NCBI GenBank assembly: GCA_965285935.1
Contig: OZ260665.1
Span: 39,990,001 to 40,054,000, forward strand
DNA from: Ophelia neglecta
Lineage: Eukaryota
Direction of reading: 5' to 3'
DNA length: 64,000 nucleotides
The translations under genes and the position numbers were made by a program. The first letter of the stretch is position 1. The number at the start of each line of letters is the position of its first letter. A model generated the notes under the pieces. The model was not told the DNA's origin and did no database searches. It saw only the letters and a list, made by a program, of their open reading frames with translations. Positions 11,358-24,746 of the stretch are shown one piece after another.

Positions 11358-14300
11358 AGGAATGGTCGAGACAGATTCGTTTTTAAGCGATAGTTTTATA
11401 GCCTTTTTTGCCTTTTATTAAGTAGTTTTTAGGATTATCAATTATGTTTAATGCCTGATTCAGGAGGGCAAATCATTCAATAGGCGCACACAATATTCTC
11501 TCTTATATATGAGCAAATTTGAGGTGACTGTAGGGAAATATGAATGATGGCAGGAGAGCCGTAGGTTGCATGCCTCCGCCTTCAGGGACTCCTATAGAAA
11601 ACAAACTATGATTACTTCAATCGTGTAGCCTCTGGATGTGTGACTGAGGCCGGTCTCAGAGAATCTATATAAGATAATTAAGTTTGGCTGATAAAAACAC
11701 TTCAAGGAAAGGAACCATTAACAAACTAAACAAAAACAGAAAGTTAGCGACTTAAGCTAGCTTCCTGAATTTACAAAACGGATTACACCGAATACTATTG
11801 TTAATCATAAAAAATATTTGTTCAAACGATAATATAATGTTAACAGTCATGACTTAATTAAATGGCGAGTTACCACCAATAGAGTTTGAGGTTTTCGGGC
11901 AAACATTTTTTTTGGATGCAGGTTTTCACTCCAATTCTGTTGCATCTAAGGGCCGTGTGGTTATTTGACATTTAAAAATTGATAATCGGATAAAAATGAA
12001 TGATTTTCTTTGAAAGTTACCCACCAAATTATGCCAAGTTTTGATAAAGTGGACAATAATTCAGCTTGGTAGGACAGCATTTCTTAATGTTAGCGAAAAT
12101 TAAGGGGATGTTGAATTCTGACTTCTGATTTGGGTATAGAGAACGTGCCACGGTAAATAGCATTTATAATTTCAAGGTGCCTAAAATATATATTGTACCA
12201 CTTTAACAAATACCAACAGTAGGTGGGATTGAGGCGGAAACCACACCAATTTGCCCTTTGGGATTATGAAAAATCTTAGCTCCATCAAAGGTTAAGATTG
12301 TTAAATTGTAATATATATTCATAACATCTCAGTGCGTTTCCCTAGTTAAGCTGAGTGACAGTCCTACGGAGCTTACTTCCTGTATTCAGTGCTTGAAAAT
12401 GCCCTATGTGAGAACAGTAGAATAACCCTACTCGAACCGACGTGACACCCCGCTCTCAGTGCAGAGCCATTAAAACCGCAGCGCGAATCATACAGCGCAG
12501 CGCCACAGCGCCGAATACGCAGAGAGCTTGCTCCAAATTACAGAAGTTTGAGCGATAGCGTGTATATCGAGAACCCTGCTACTCAAGGAAAGTTAAAGTG
12601 GGAATGCATTGTGAATGTGGCTGGTTAACTACCGTACACGCTTACTATGAAGAATGGGCGAAGCGGCCCTAATATAATATCACGATTTTTCTCAGTGATA
12701 GAGGCATAGATTCTATGGTGCTTAGTATACGTTTCATGCTACTAAAACTTGTGGCTATTTAGGCCGAGGTTTTATCTGATTTCGCAAACATTTCGGAATA
12801 ATACCAACTGGTTTGATGGCTTAAGGCTCGCTAAGGTCTCGAAATGTGTCATGTGAGCGGGTAGACTTGAGTGCTTGCTGGATTCTCTAGAGAGTTGGGT
12901 CTTTTAATGGTTAAATGCTATCTCGGGCAAACACTGCTGGTCAAAGATAAGAAACAGCATGCTCCTTCGTGTAGATTAGTCATTTCAAGCGATAACAACA
13001 GAACAGGGTTTACTATAAAATAGAAGAAAACCATATGATGTTTTGGATACATATTATATGACACAATTATTGGTGCATTACTTAATAAATCTCCCTCGCA
13101 TACGCTTGCCTGCAATGAAAGAAAACTCGAAATATTTTGTATACAAATATAGGCAAAATTTACTTTCGGAGGAGTTTTCAACTCGGGCTCAGTCCTATAG
13201 TAATGATTATGCTTGATAATCTTAGCCATGCACCGTAAAAGCGCTCCTGGAAAATAAAAACAGAATTTACATCGAAATTGGACGCCAAGCAACTATCCCG
13301 GGGCATGCAGCTAGCTGGATACACCATTTTATTGGTAACATTACCTGAATACTTGCATCATTTCTTAAAGATTTTTGCCAGTTATTACTTGCCAAAGAAA
13401 TGAGAGAAACTTGAGAGAAATATTAATGACAAATAAAGGGACTGCCAAGAATCGTTTTGTAATGTTAATCGCTGTATCGTACTTGATCTATACCATCGCT
13501 CTCTAACCAATGTCTATTGAATTTATGATATTTATTTTGCTGTGTACTCAGAATATGAGTCATATTTACCACTTTCAGCAAAAAAAAATCATTTATTCGG
13601 TCACAATCACTTGGATGTTAGCCGGAATGTCGGTGAAGTAAGTTTTCATGGATGTTTTTCGTGTCAAACGAGAAAAATCCACTAACAAGACTTACAAAGA
13701 GGTTAAGGTGAACCAGTTTGCTTCATTATAATGCTATATGACATAATTGAGCATCCTCATAATAATATAGGTTGTTAATTATCAATGATGCTTATGATTC
13801 AATGGATCTGAAATTACGCAGCATTGTTTTTTAGTGTGATTATTCAAATATTGATTTCCTAAAGCCTCGACTAAACGTATAGTTTTAGTCATTGAGCAAA
13901 AATTAAGGCAAAGTAAGGCTTATGCACCTTTCAAGGGGAACCCAGTTTACCAATAAACCTAGTATACATCAGCCCTGCTAGGTCAACAATCAAATCATAA
14001 TCATTCATCTAGCCCGGTCAATGTACGAAAGAGGAGAACAGGTGGTTAAAAATTTCGCAATTTTTCTTAGTATACGGGTCAGGTTCTGGAATATCATCAG
14101 TAATGTTACTGGGTAAATCAGTTTGATGCGGGGGAACGAAAATCATACTGGTGTGCGAGCGTTCATCACGTGATTTCATCTAGATTTATGTGGCAGACAC
14201 TGTTGGCAGTCGGAAACGTAGCTACCTACCATCGTCCTTAATTATCAGAGAACTTTCTATACCACCTTCAACACTGCAGCATGCTTTCCCCATAAACCTG

Positions 14301-15097
14301 GCCACCAAGAAAAATATACACTCCTTGAATATGCAACGGTGCATTTGTCATATTTCCTTTGGAAGGATATGTCTTTGGCAGACGTTACAAATATAACACA
14401 TACAAAAAACATATCAGTCAATTACAAGTTTTTGGCATTAATATTCATGATTCATGAGTGCGCCGAGAACAGCAATATTTTAGGGAAACTCTTACCTCCC
14501 TTTGTTTTCGGGAACAGCAAGGAGCTTGCACAATGATTTTTAACTTTACTGAGGCCAACTTGTTGATTTGTTAAGACCGAATGGCATTTAACGAATTGAT
14601 TTTATGTTTGTTGTTTCTGATGAACTTTCCAGCTAGGCAGTCATTCCCAATTTACCCTCTTGTGCTGATTTTGCACCTTTAGAACCCGTGATCTTGATAA
14701 TAACAAACTCAGACGGCGGCTGAGATAGACAGTGCATCTATAGGTCATCAGCATACCCGATTATATCATAACTGCGTAAATTATCGCCCATGTTGTGTCT
14801 AAATGCTGACTGGTGAACTATTATTAATATAGATGTCCCGAGAGTAGTTGCTTGACTTGTTGTGAAGAGTTTTTTTCAGCTACCCAATAGCTTTATAATT
14901 TATTTACGTCATGCGTTGTTTAGTTGCCCTTGTGAACATGATAACGGAGAGCTGGGAATTCATTGTGGCATATTGTGAATGCCAAAATATGCAAGGCAAA
15001 ACAGAGAGCTCCACACAATTATCAGTCATCCCTCTAAGATTGAGTTTTCTTCATATCATCTCCATCACCTACCTAAAAACGACAGCTTTATTAGAGC

Positions 15098-15382
15098 TTA
15101 ATATAATATGCTTTTAGTGGAGGAAGAATCACATCTTACTGTCTATTCATAGGTTTCACTTTGTGTGGCACTATCACCATTTTGTCGCTTGCCTCACAAA
15201 ATATTCTGCATTGGCAAGTCTTGACAAGAGCGCCGGGCAGAAGAAAAAAAAGGAATTGCCATTTCCTTTCGTCCGTATTTGAAGACACGACAAAACCCCC
15301 GAGCAGAGAGACAAACCATTTGTAAAGATGGTCTTTGTTATCTCCGAGAAGCAGACGGCGTGTATTAGAGACGGTATTAACA
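15098..15382 (-). ncRNA. PK-family structured element
   Basis: Minus strand TGTTA-N15-CACGCC. P1 cgccg/cggcg (15356-15360 / 15231-15235) encloses gtctg/cggac, agaccat/atggttt and aaaggaa/ttccttt. P2 ttgtc+cttgcc / ggcaag+gacaa (15182-15227). Then ctaaaa and P0 ttaata/tattaa. G-U pairs favour minus. Confidence 0.55.
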
Positions 15383-15691
15383 TCGAGCCAGCATGTTTAC
15401 TCTCTTGATAAATTATTTTACCTCGCAGCTGGTGCCTCGATCGTTTGTTAAGGACACACAAACGCCACTTTTTATTTGCTTTCAGAAAGCAAAATAACTC
15501 GAATTAAGAAGCCAACGTTTTACCTATATGGTAAGAAACGTATGATTTCTCCCTTAGGTCAAAAAGTGCCTTGGACAGAGCAATGTTTTCTAAGCGTAAA
15601 GATGTCAATGAACGGAAATGGCCTAAGAACCAGTTGTAGAATACTGTCATGCTTTAACCGTGGTGCTCATATACCTGACACTGTATGTATT

Positions 15692-15933
15692 ATGTCCGGT
15701 TTCTACAAGCAGTCCTAAGTTTATCGATTAGTTAAGCCTATTACCGATAAGCTGAGACGCCGTTGATCGATGTTTCCTTTGACCAGGATTACGTTTAAGA
15801 TTAAAATGGTCAGGTTTTTAAGACCAAATCTAGCTTCCAGAAACTTTTTTTAACAGATTAGCAAGATAGGACCGATTGAGCACTTAAATCTTAATTTTAA
15901 CCTGAGTTAAACTCGTTTCCAGAAACCGGGCCC
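15692..15933. mobile_element. MITE, PIF/Harbinger-like
   Basis: Imperfect TIRs gtccggtttctacaagc... and ...gtttccagaaaccgggccc, with an AT-rich interior of ttaag/cttaa motifs. TSD not resolved. Confidence 0.55.
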
Positions 15934-16178
15934 TGCCGATCCAGATCGCACACAACCGGTCTAAAACGCATTCAGCAATACTCATTCGTACACTTATTAC
16001 TCAAACTTGTCGTTCCATAGATTATTTTCCACCTTAGTTTGTAGAAATAAACGCAGAATTATTTCACCCAAACTGTCTTAAGACACTGTACACGTTTAGG
16101 CCGAGATATTAATTTGACAGTAGGTAGTCCCTTTTGGTCACAGGTACTCAGTATGCTTGGGTTTCTTGCATCTGTTGC

Positions 16179-16455
16179 CTGGATCAATGAGTGGAAACGG
16201 ACCTGCCTACCAATTGCCCCCTCTGAGCACGCTCTGCCGAACACCGATCTTTAATTTGAAGGCGGTCAGCATGCAAAGGGGTTGAAGGGGAGACATTGAG
16301 ACTCCTGACAAGATGGGCGATTATCAATATGAGTAATGGCCCAATCTATCCAAACTAGGTCATCGTGCAATAGACGATTAGATGGCTTAGCAGCAGCCAA
16401 TTTTCAACGCTTTGTAATTTTATCGAGTTTTGCTCTTTCTCCCCTGATTTCATTG
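16179..16455 (+). ncRNA. PK-family structured element
   Basis: CTGGATCA-N15-CCTGCCTACCAA (16179-16213) has the same sequence and spacing as 24749-24783. Stems tgccta/tgggcg, caat/attg, ccccctc/gaagggg and ctgcc/ggcgg, then ttatcaatatg. Confidence 0.5.
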
Positions 16456-18249
16456 CGCCTTGATGGCTCGCTTGGCAGATTTATGTGAGGACAGTGTAAC
16501 AACGAATTATCTTATATTAGGGAGGATTGTCCCAACCCCGATGCCAATCACCTAGTATTCATCCCGGCGAAAACTAGCAGTATAACTAAATCGGACAATT
16601 ATTTTGGTAATCAAACTGGCAAATTACATACTGTTAGCAGCTTTATTGGCTATTTTCAGTTTATGGGCCCCATGTATGCATTTAAAGGTGTCTGCTGTGT
16701 GACGGAGTGTGCAGGAGAGCGCCATTAAACGCAGGGTCTGGCTTATTTGATGTCTCACGGGTTATAAGCTGCATAAACGCCGATCAACACGTCGTCGTTT
16801 TGTTTCTACATTCAAATTTCTTCTCATCACAAAACATATGCAATTTTCCGAATTAACGTTGCTGATATAAATCAGATCAGAGAACTTATTGAGACGGAAA
16901 TAGGCAACGTAAACGGAAGGACTTGTGATTTGACCTAACCTAAGGCGAGCCTCGCCTGATGAGGTGATTTGCAGATTTGTCACTGTCGTTGGAAGCAGAT
17001 AGGCCTTATTCCAGATATATCTCCAGTGCGGTGAATACCAATTTCTAGAAAACTGAAACTGCGGCGGTGCTAACGATCGACCTTTTTCAGATTTAAACAG
17101 ATATACGCAGATCGCAAAGTACATTTGTATATAATTTCCTAGGCCTCGAAGCCTGTACCAGGGGTATAAAAAAGGTAGTGGATATTCGGCAGACACAGCC
17201 AAATCGTTTATCAAGAAAAGTCCATTAAGTGTCCGAAATCATAAGGAACCAGCAGCTGCAGCACCACACACATCAATTTCCAGCTCACAAACAGTATATA
17301 AACATGCAACAAAATAAAACAATCGAAAACAAAATATTGATATCACTTGCAATAACAAGTAGCAAACTGTTTTCCACGTTGCGAGTCAGATCACAAAACA
17401 AACGAGCCAGTGGTCAAAGTAAGAGAGATGAATTATCGCCCAAGAGGGACTAGGATGTTGTAAGTTCTCTTATAAAATTTACAGACTAGATGAAAGGGTC
17501 TCAATTAATACTTGAGCAAAGAGGTGTGTAAAACGTCACTGAATTCTAAAAAGGAAGATGGTATCAAATCTCCTCGATAGTGCTTTATTATTTATATAAC
17601 TAAACCAGTCACGCTTTTATTGTGACATAGCACGTGCTTCTGCAACATCAACAAAATTGTATCAGTATTAATTAAGCAGATGCACATGGCCCCTAGCCCT
17701 GTGATGTGCGGAATTGATTACTCAAAGCTATTGCAGTCTTTTACTGCGTTAGTGTTAAAACAATGGTAACTGGAACCTACACACGAGCAGTCTACAGTCT
17801 GCGCTCTGTCTCCTCCGATACATTTAATGGAAATCAGTGCAGATTCAAATTGCCCGAAGTCAAGGCCGGGTAATTGCCCTTCTCGAATCTGATGGCATCC
17901 CTCCTCTGATGGCTCTCCAATCACGAAATATGTCCATTAAGGTCCCATGTTCCCAGATTGTGCCCCGGGCCCATTGAAACAACTTATATTTGCTGGCATA
18001 TCAGTATTGGTCTATATAGTGTGCATCCTGACATGACACGAGGATCTATGAAAAAGCTGGATTAGTTGACCAGATAATCCAGCTAATCTAAGATGAATTA
18101 TCGGCAGTTAACACTATTTATAACTTTACGTCGATTTGTTAATGCACCACATGTGCCATGCAGATATACACTCAAATAAATGTTATATTAGACCTAATTG
18201 TGTATTAAACACATGCCCTTTGAGACTTGCTCCTTCCTGCTCTAGCAGT

Positions 18250-20400
18250 TCGTGTGAGGCAGGTCCCTCTATTAGGTCATGAAGTGCGTCCCTTATACAT
18301 ATAATGTTATACGAGTTCCCTTATAACATATCACGTTAAACTTAGATGCCTTCCATTGTATTTACTTTCACGTTTGAAGTTGTCCATTTTAAATGTGATT
18401 TTAGAGTTGCATTTTACATGTCCTGTCAACTCTGTTCCCACAAGTAACCACATAGGACCTTACAGGTTTAGCCACACGTGTTTCCCGGCACAGGCCATGC
18501 CTGTTTTCACAATACAAGAGCTTCATCCATAACGCTAATTTACTTAATATCTGTCCTTGACACTAGTAGCCCTGACCTATATAGTCACGTCCAATCAAAT
18601 AATTTCGGTAATTGCTTGTGTAAGCAGTTTGCCGGTTATTGAGTTTAGTTACTGAACAGCTACAATTATAGTAAGAGTCGACTTCCTGACCTCTGTATAC
18701 GGGAACAATTATCAAGGTCTACCTTAAATAAATAAATCGTATGGCTGTAAGATCATAGTTTGGCCACTGACTTTAAATTTGCAGTGCAACACTTAGTGAA
18801 ATAGGAGTAAGGCAGATAGATGCGTTATTTATATCGTTTATAAGGGCACGCTTATAAATCCGTATTTGACAATATAATAATGTCGCCTCCTCAATTGCTC
18901 AAATTTAGAGTATAATGACAAAAGCTTTAAAGTAACATTATATTTGGCTAAAGAAATATGTTGAAATACACACGTGTGAATTTTAGCAGTTAACGTACAT
19001 TCTTTCTTTTCTATCTGGCAATGAGTCGATTCCATCTGTTTCTCTGAGTGATTCAAACAAATCTGTTCTTAAGGGTGAATAAAACAAGTCAATACAGTTT
19101 TATTCGGTCCATTCTAGCCCTAAATTACGCTATCGGCACGCCAATGCCGGCCATCTGTTCCTCTTACATGTGGCTCACCTTGACAAATTTCGACAGCAAG
19201 AAAATTCAATTTAAGAAAGCGCCCCAAATTGATTTCCGATATAGCATAAAAGATGTTCAATGGAAACTATTGTCCATGAAAATACATTTGGTTCAATCCG
19301 AAAGACAGTATTGACAAAAAAACGTACTGTCTTAGTGCGAATATTTGTTTTAGCGCTCCTTATATGTAGTAAACAGTCTTTTCTTATTTGTTGTTATGCC
19401 ACTTAAACACATTTAAAGCGAACAGACCTTGTCCACACGCGACCTCCTGTCAGTATCAGATATCCAGAGACTGATTTCTGCGGTTTTTGACAGCATTATC
19501 CTTCAGACTCTCCCCTAACAAGGCCACATCTCCAATAAAGATAAACGGATCATGACAAGCTTAATTCCAGCGGTCTATATACCACGAATCACTACAAATA
19601 CGATCACAGTAAAATGCTAGTGATCGTTATCCAAGAACACTCTCAATTCCTTTAAATCATTCAGCCTATCTCCAAGAACTGCTGAACAACTTTAAAGGCA
19701 CACTGACTCGTTTCGTTTGTGCACATGTTGGTCGTTATAGTAAGGATGAATATCTTGATTGCAAAAGGTTTGTATGACTGTTTAGCTGGAATTTATACCA
19801 TTTTGAAGATATAGCACCACGAGAAAGAACCATTGGGATCAACGCGTATCTCAGAATGTTTATTATTGATGAGGACACTATTTAGATTATATTATTCACA
19901 CATAATCCAGGCAATAAAGATATTTTATATCTTGTTTACTATAAGATATGATTGTAAAGTTACCCCATTTAAATATTTAACTAATCTTCAATGCTTGGCT
20001 CTCCTTGAAAATCATATAGGAAGATCTATTCGAAAACTCACCCTGAAAACTCGCATTGTAAATGATTGTTTTAGCTTAATTTACCAGCTAATTCGAGTAA
20101 ATTATATTCTAAATCTGTCTATGATGCTTATGACACTGTCAGAACCTTCGGATATAGTTCTTCAGTCGACAGTGTGTTCCATTCTGTTTTATCCCATTAT
20201 TTAGATGGTACAATCTCCCTCCTCAACGTATCACAACTTTAACATTCGAGGAGAAAATAGCATCCATCCATGATACCGCATCTTGATTAACTGTGCAAGC
20301 AGCATTGGCAGGGTATTGATCTTTATCCACAGCTCATGCACGGTATTTTTGGGTAGTTTTACTCTCAGTGTTTGACGATTGATCCTGATGCACGGATAGT
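18250..20400 (-). mobile_element. Heavily decayed CR1/L2-type LINE (PHD - APE - RT order)
   Basis: On the minus strand, in the expected order: PCMSCG*RSIPCQCC..RCG (PHD-like, about 20.3 kb), VVYRP and IFIGD (APE, about 19.55 kb), IVPVYRG...NYR...HG (RT, 18.5-18.7 kb). Many stops and frameshifts. Confidence 0.5.
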
Positions 20401-21849
20401 GATATCACTAGCTTACTCCGAGGAGCAGGTCTTGTTGTCTCAGTGTCTTGTTGTCAGTATACGAGCTGACATTTATGGAACACTTCAGATTAATTTCTAT
20501 CGACTATTTCATGGCAAATCAGAGTCTACATGATCATAGCCACCATCTCTTGCTTATCAGTCATCAATAGCTTTAGCCCCCGGCAACCTTTTCGCGAGAT
20601 TTCCATCTCATTAGAGGTAGCGACTCGGCGTATGTGGGCTTTTTCGCACGTCTAACAACATACTTTTTGGTTTAAAAGAAGGCTGAGCTACATTTTTGTC
20701 TTCTTTTTATACATGATACATATCTATAAGACGATTACTGTCCTGTCATCAGTTGATATGTCAGTGTCAGTGGGCCAGGGCACATTCCAGGAGAAAGCCT
20801 GTCAGAGCTATCAAACTAGGTCTAATTTAGTATGTTTAAAAACGGGAGTAAACACCCGACAGACAAGACAAAATCATTAATGAAGAATTGCTTATTAAAT
20901 CGGTCTAGAATTCATTGTGATAATAATAATATATTTCTTAATAAATATCAAGTAAACCTGGTTTACCTTCATCCTAACTCAAAGCAGATTTTCAAAGCGC
21001 AAGATTCCATGTGAGTGCCAGGTTGAATCTCATTGATCATGACTTTATAAAAAAAAGTAGTGCTTCTCATGTAAGACGGCAGTTCATCACATTTGTCTTC
21101 ATTATAAAGAGAAGCTAAGTGGTTAATGAAGTAACGAAGTCCACGAGGGCTGCAATGAGGGCCGGATGCCAATTACCATCTTTACTGGCAGCTGGGTCCA
21201 GGCTTCAATAAACGTTATTGCTAGACGTTTTTATCTTTCTTTTTCTGTAACAGTTCCCCTAACCTTTAACTTTTTATAACGATGCCTGTAACCGGACATG
21301 GAATGATAACACAGCCACACAAGTAGAGGCCTCAGCAATCACTTTGGGTTCTTACTCATTATATAGGGCCTCCTCTACCTTTTGGTTTAAATACAAGTGT
21401 GTGGCATCTCGCTGAAAAAGATCCTGCCAATTCCACGGTTAATTTGTTCTTCACTTTTGCTGAATTTGTTCTACACACAAGAAACGGTTTTTAAACATTA
21501 ATTATTACCCCTGGATTTAAGGTGTGCATCCATTTTGGTTGACTGTCTAGAAACGGAATTCCATGATTTATATCTAGCAATAAGCTTATCGCCGCATGAA
21601 AAGCCAATATATACAATGATGATTGAAATGAAAAAGAAAATTAAAATAGTATTAATCAAGCTGGGGTCATTCACCTGAATTGGAAAAATAAAGAACGAGA
21701 ATATAAACCATTTAAGCCATGACTCAACTATCTGTATATCGATAAGTATACAATTAAAAAGTCAGACTGTACTGTGGTTCAAATTTATCATTATCGTCTA
21801 TTGTGTATTCAGCTTGAACATCCAATATGTTGCTGGTGATGATGAGGTA

Positions 21850-22060
21850 TATGAGGCCCTGCGGGGGACAGTCAGGCTACTCCTAGCTCGTATATACATA
21901 CTCCTACATTGGGAGAACTACGTGAGACCTTCTCAGTTCTCTTCTGTCTTCGCGGGTTGTCTTGACGATGTGTTTTGGGTATGGAATACATGTGCTGTGC
22001 CGATATGGCCATTTTAACCACTTTCTCCACACCTGGATAGGTTAGATACAACCAGGAACT
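21850..22060 (-). mobile_element. Possible RTE-clade LINE 3' fragment
   Basis: Frameshifted RKWLKW/GHIG/SIPKTHRQDNPRRQKR resembles the RTE ORF2 end (RWKWIGH..K..SI..QAL.WNP.GKR.RGRP). Confidence 0.3.
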
Positions 22061-22499
22061 AATACGACTTCATTGTTTCTAGCGTGGTTCAAATGGATTG
22101 ACTTGCCCTATTTTAATAGGGCAATCGTCTCAGATAAACTATGCGCTAAGCCTTCTCTTATTGACATGTATCTAGTTTATCACATTATTGGCCTCCTCAT
22201 GTGATCGAGAAAAAACTGTATTGTATGCAGGTTGAAGGGTTTCACTTCTCAAGCAGACAAAGGTGCGGATTTTACATGATGGAAACTAGTCTTCTACGTA
22301 CTAGTAATTATTCTCCTTCTTGACATTGAGCATCTGTAGTCCATAGACTATGGCAGTCTGACATGGAGTTTCCAATAAACACGAGTTCTGTGAGTTACAG
22401 CCCGGGAAACACATCGAGATATCAGTGGAAGTAATTAACTCCTCGCGGCTCTTTACTCTCCGGTCAAAACCCTTCATCGCCGCCATCCGATCACGTCAG

Positions 22500-22600
22500 G
22501 ACTACCCTCATCACCGATAACGCCTGCCAGAGTCCTACTCTCTCTCTCTCTCTCTCTCGAGTAGAACCCCTCTGATGTTACCTCCAGCCATTAGCAGTCT
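22500..22600 (+). ncRNA. Partial PK-family element with a (CT)n loop
   Basis: cctgcc 22523-22528. Stems cagag/ctctg and ctactc/gagtag close a loop made of the (CT)n microsatellite. Confidence 0.35.
22538..22558. repeat. (CT)n microsatellite
   Basis: About 10 CT units, seen directly. Confidence 0.95.
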
Positions 22601-23636
22601 CCATTCTCAGTTAGAAGATGTTAAATATTTTGAACATCGCAAACAGTTAACTCATCCTATAGAAATATTATCCATCGCTGGCTTAGTTACTACGCTTAGA
22701 ATATATAAATGTATAGACTTACCCGGATGGAAATTCTCAGAACACCGTGGGACTTGAGGACAATTAACAACGACTATCTGGGAACTTTAAATTTAGGGGT
22801 ACATATAACATATAACCTTAAACATGGAGGGACTGCCAAAATAAACACCCCAAGGTGGGAGATATATATATTATCATTGGTTTTTAAAAAACATATAATT
22901 GCTTGAACAACTAATCTATAGCTTACTATAACTGGAAGCCCTGAAAAAACTCAAAGAGCTCTTCCTTTTTATCTTATTACATATAAGTTGACGGCATAAA
23001 TAAAACCAGGCATTATTTCAGACCATTCACAAGTACCAGGACCATGTTTCTATCAGATCCCCAAGACGTAAGTTACTCAGCGGATGAAGGAACCAAGCTA
23101 GTTACGGCATGTGATTGAGGTATCTAGGGTGAGGGCACACGTCGGAATGTCAAGATAGATTGAACTATAGAGAGGAATCTTCTATTAACCACGGCATAGT
23201 AGCAAGTCCTCTTTTTATAAGGTGATTGCTTTGAAATATGCTAAAGGGAATGAAGTAATCTGCTCGTGAATGGCATCAACTGAGTTTAGAAAAATATATA
23301 ATTACACTCTAATATAAGGGGGGTGTCTTTGACTAGGTTACTACATTATCCATGTCGATGTGATTTATCAAAATTACAAGAGGAATTTACAGAAGGAGAG
23401 AGAGCTTCCCCATGGCGAAACTGGTGGGCTTCGATATGTTTTTCGGTTGTATAATTATGATGCCTCTCGTGCTCCATAGAGTAAGGAGAACAAGGTATTT
23501 CGGGCAATTCCATGCATTGCTTTCAGTCTGAAACTCAATGTAATCTGTAAAGCAGGGTCGGCAGGTTATTCTGAGGAATGAGTAGATTGTTCTTATTTTT
23601 AAATATTATTGGTCCATGTGATATAGACATTTGCAG

Positions 23637-23785
23637 TGCACGCCACCTGTTTTCTTGTATCCGGAGTATCGGACCAGTCCAGATGTAATTGATTACCTGA
23701 CGCTCGCTGAGGTAAATTATATGTGATACTCTGTACCTATTCCCGCCAAGAAGCAAATGTCAGCTAATCAGGTAAATCGGGTGCA
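23637..23785 (+). ncRNA. Long interrupted hairpin (about 150 nt)
   Basis: Nested tgcac/gtgca, acctg/caggt, ttcttg/caagaa, cggagtatc 23662-23670 / gatactctg 23725-23733, and ttacct/aggtaa. Confidence 0.5.
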
Positions 23786-24116
23786 GGGAGCGGAATGTGA
23801 ACAGTCGTGACCTTAGACCCAGGTTCCAGAACTCTGGATGCATTTCATATGTAGGCCACCCTAACTTTGGCTGATATGTCAAGCCACACGCATTTCAATG
23901 GAATTTGTGCGCTTTACGTTTGCATGGTTGTTGAAAGGTGCTTTTTTTATATAGAACAATTTATAGCAGTTGGCACATATTACATGCACTTTTTTGTAAT
24001 ATTGTAAGAGCACATATAATATATTATTCCAATACAGAATATAGTCAACACAATAGTCATATATGGCTTTAATCAACTTTCCGTACCGCTATTTTGGCAT
24101 ATATGTTCAGTACTAC

Positions 24117-24284
24117 ACTAATGTTGAAAGGCCTTCACTTCATGGCTCTTTGTAAAAACCAAGGTTGGGTGGCCTATACAATAACCAACAGGTCTTTCGG
24201 ATGAAATAGCAAGGGCAACAATAATATATATCATGGGTGCTCAGACGGCGGTTAAATCGCGCCGGGTCGCTCAATACCATTAGC
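24117..24284 (-). ncRNA. Probable PK-family element
   Basis: Minus strand: P0 gctaatg/cattagt plus ttga/tcaa; accgcc then gtct/agac; P2 ttgt/acaa; PK aggcc/ggcct. Confidence 0.4.
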
Positions 24285-24746
24285 ATGGGCTTTTTCCTTG
24301 AAAATTCTTATTTTGAAGAGAGTTGTCTGCAGGCATAACTTCAGTATATCGCCGTTGGAGAGGAATATCAAATTGATTCTCTAAGAATTTGACACTAAAA
24401 CGTGTGTCGTTAAACCCCCAAAATGCCAGTCTAATACAATTTTTGCCTCTTTGGTTTTAGCGATTATACCATCTAAGAGGGCAGATTAGTATAAACATCT
24501 TTAAAATAAACGGCAACTAGAGAATTCATTGAATTGCATCATTATTGAGGCGATAGGCCAGCTCGATAAGACTTACTTCTCTGGCTCCTTTCCGTTATGT
24601 TGGCATATATATGATAACCTTGTAGAAATTTAGGATAAATAAGATATTCATTGATTCATTTCGAGGAAGCTAACTATGCCTCTTTTCCATGCTCCAGCCT
24701 ATATTAAGCCCCCCACTCTGACATATTGTTGGCTCATTGTTTGGCC

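Noticed and set aside
16199-16330. Resemblance of GACCUGCC and UUAUCA to cobalamin and SAM-I riboswitch motifs
   Set aside because: The motif order and remaining conserved cores do not match, and the context is metazoan-like.
16762-17214. Longest ORF (150 aa) and other 60-124 aa ORFs
   Set aside because: No recognisable domains and random-like composition. Such lengths are expected by chance.
20240-20340. cctgcc...ggtatca family-like junction (minus); similar weak hits at about 18258 and 45466
   Set aside because: These fall in PHD or RT coding remnants of retroelements and the stems are weak.
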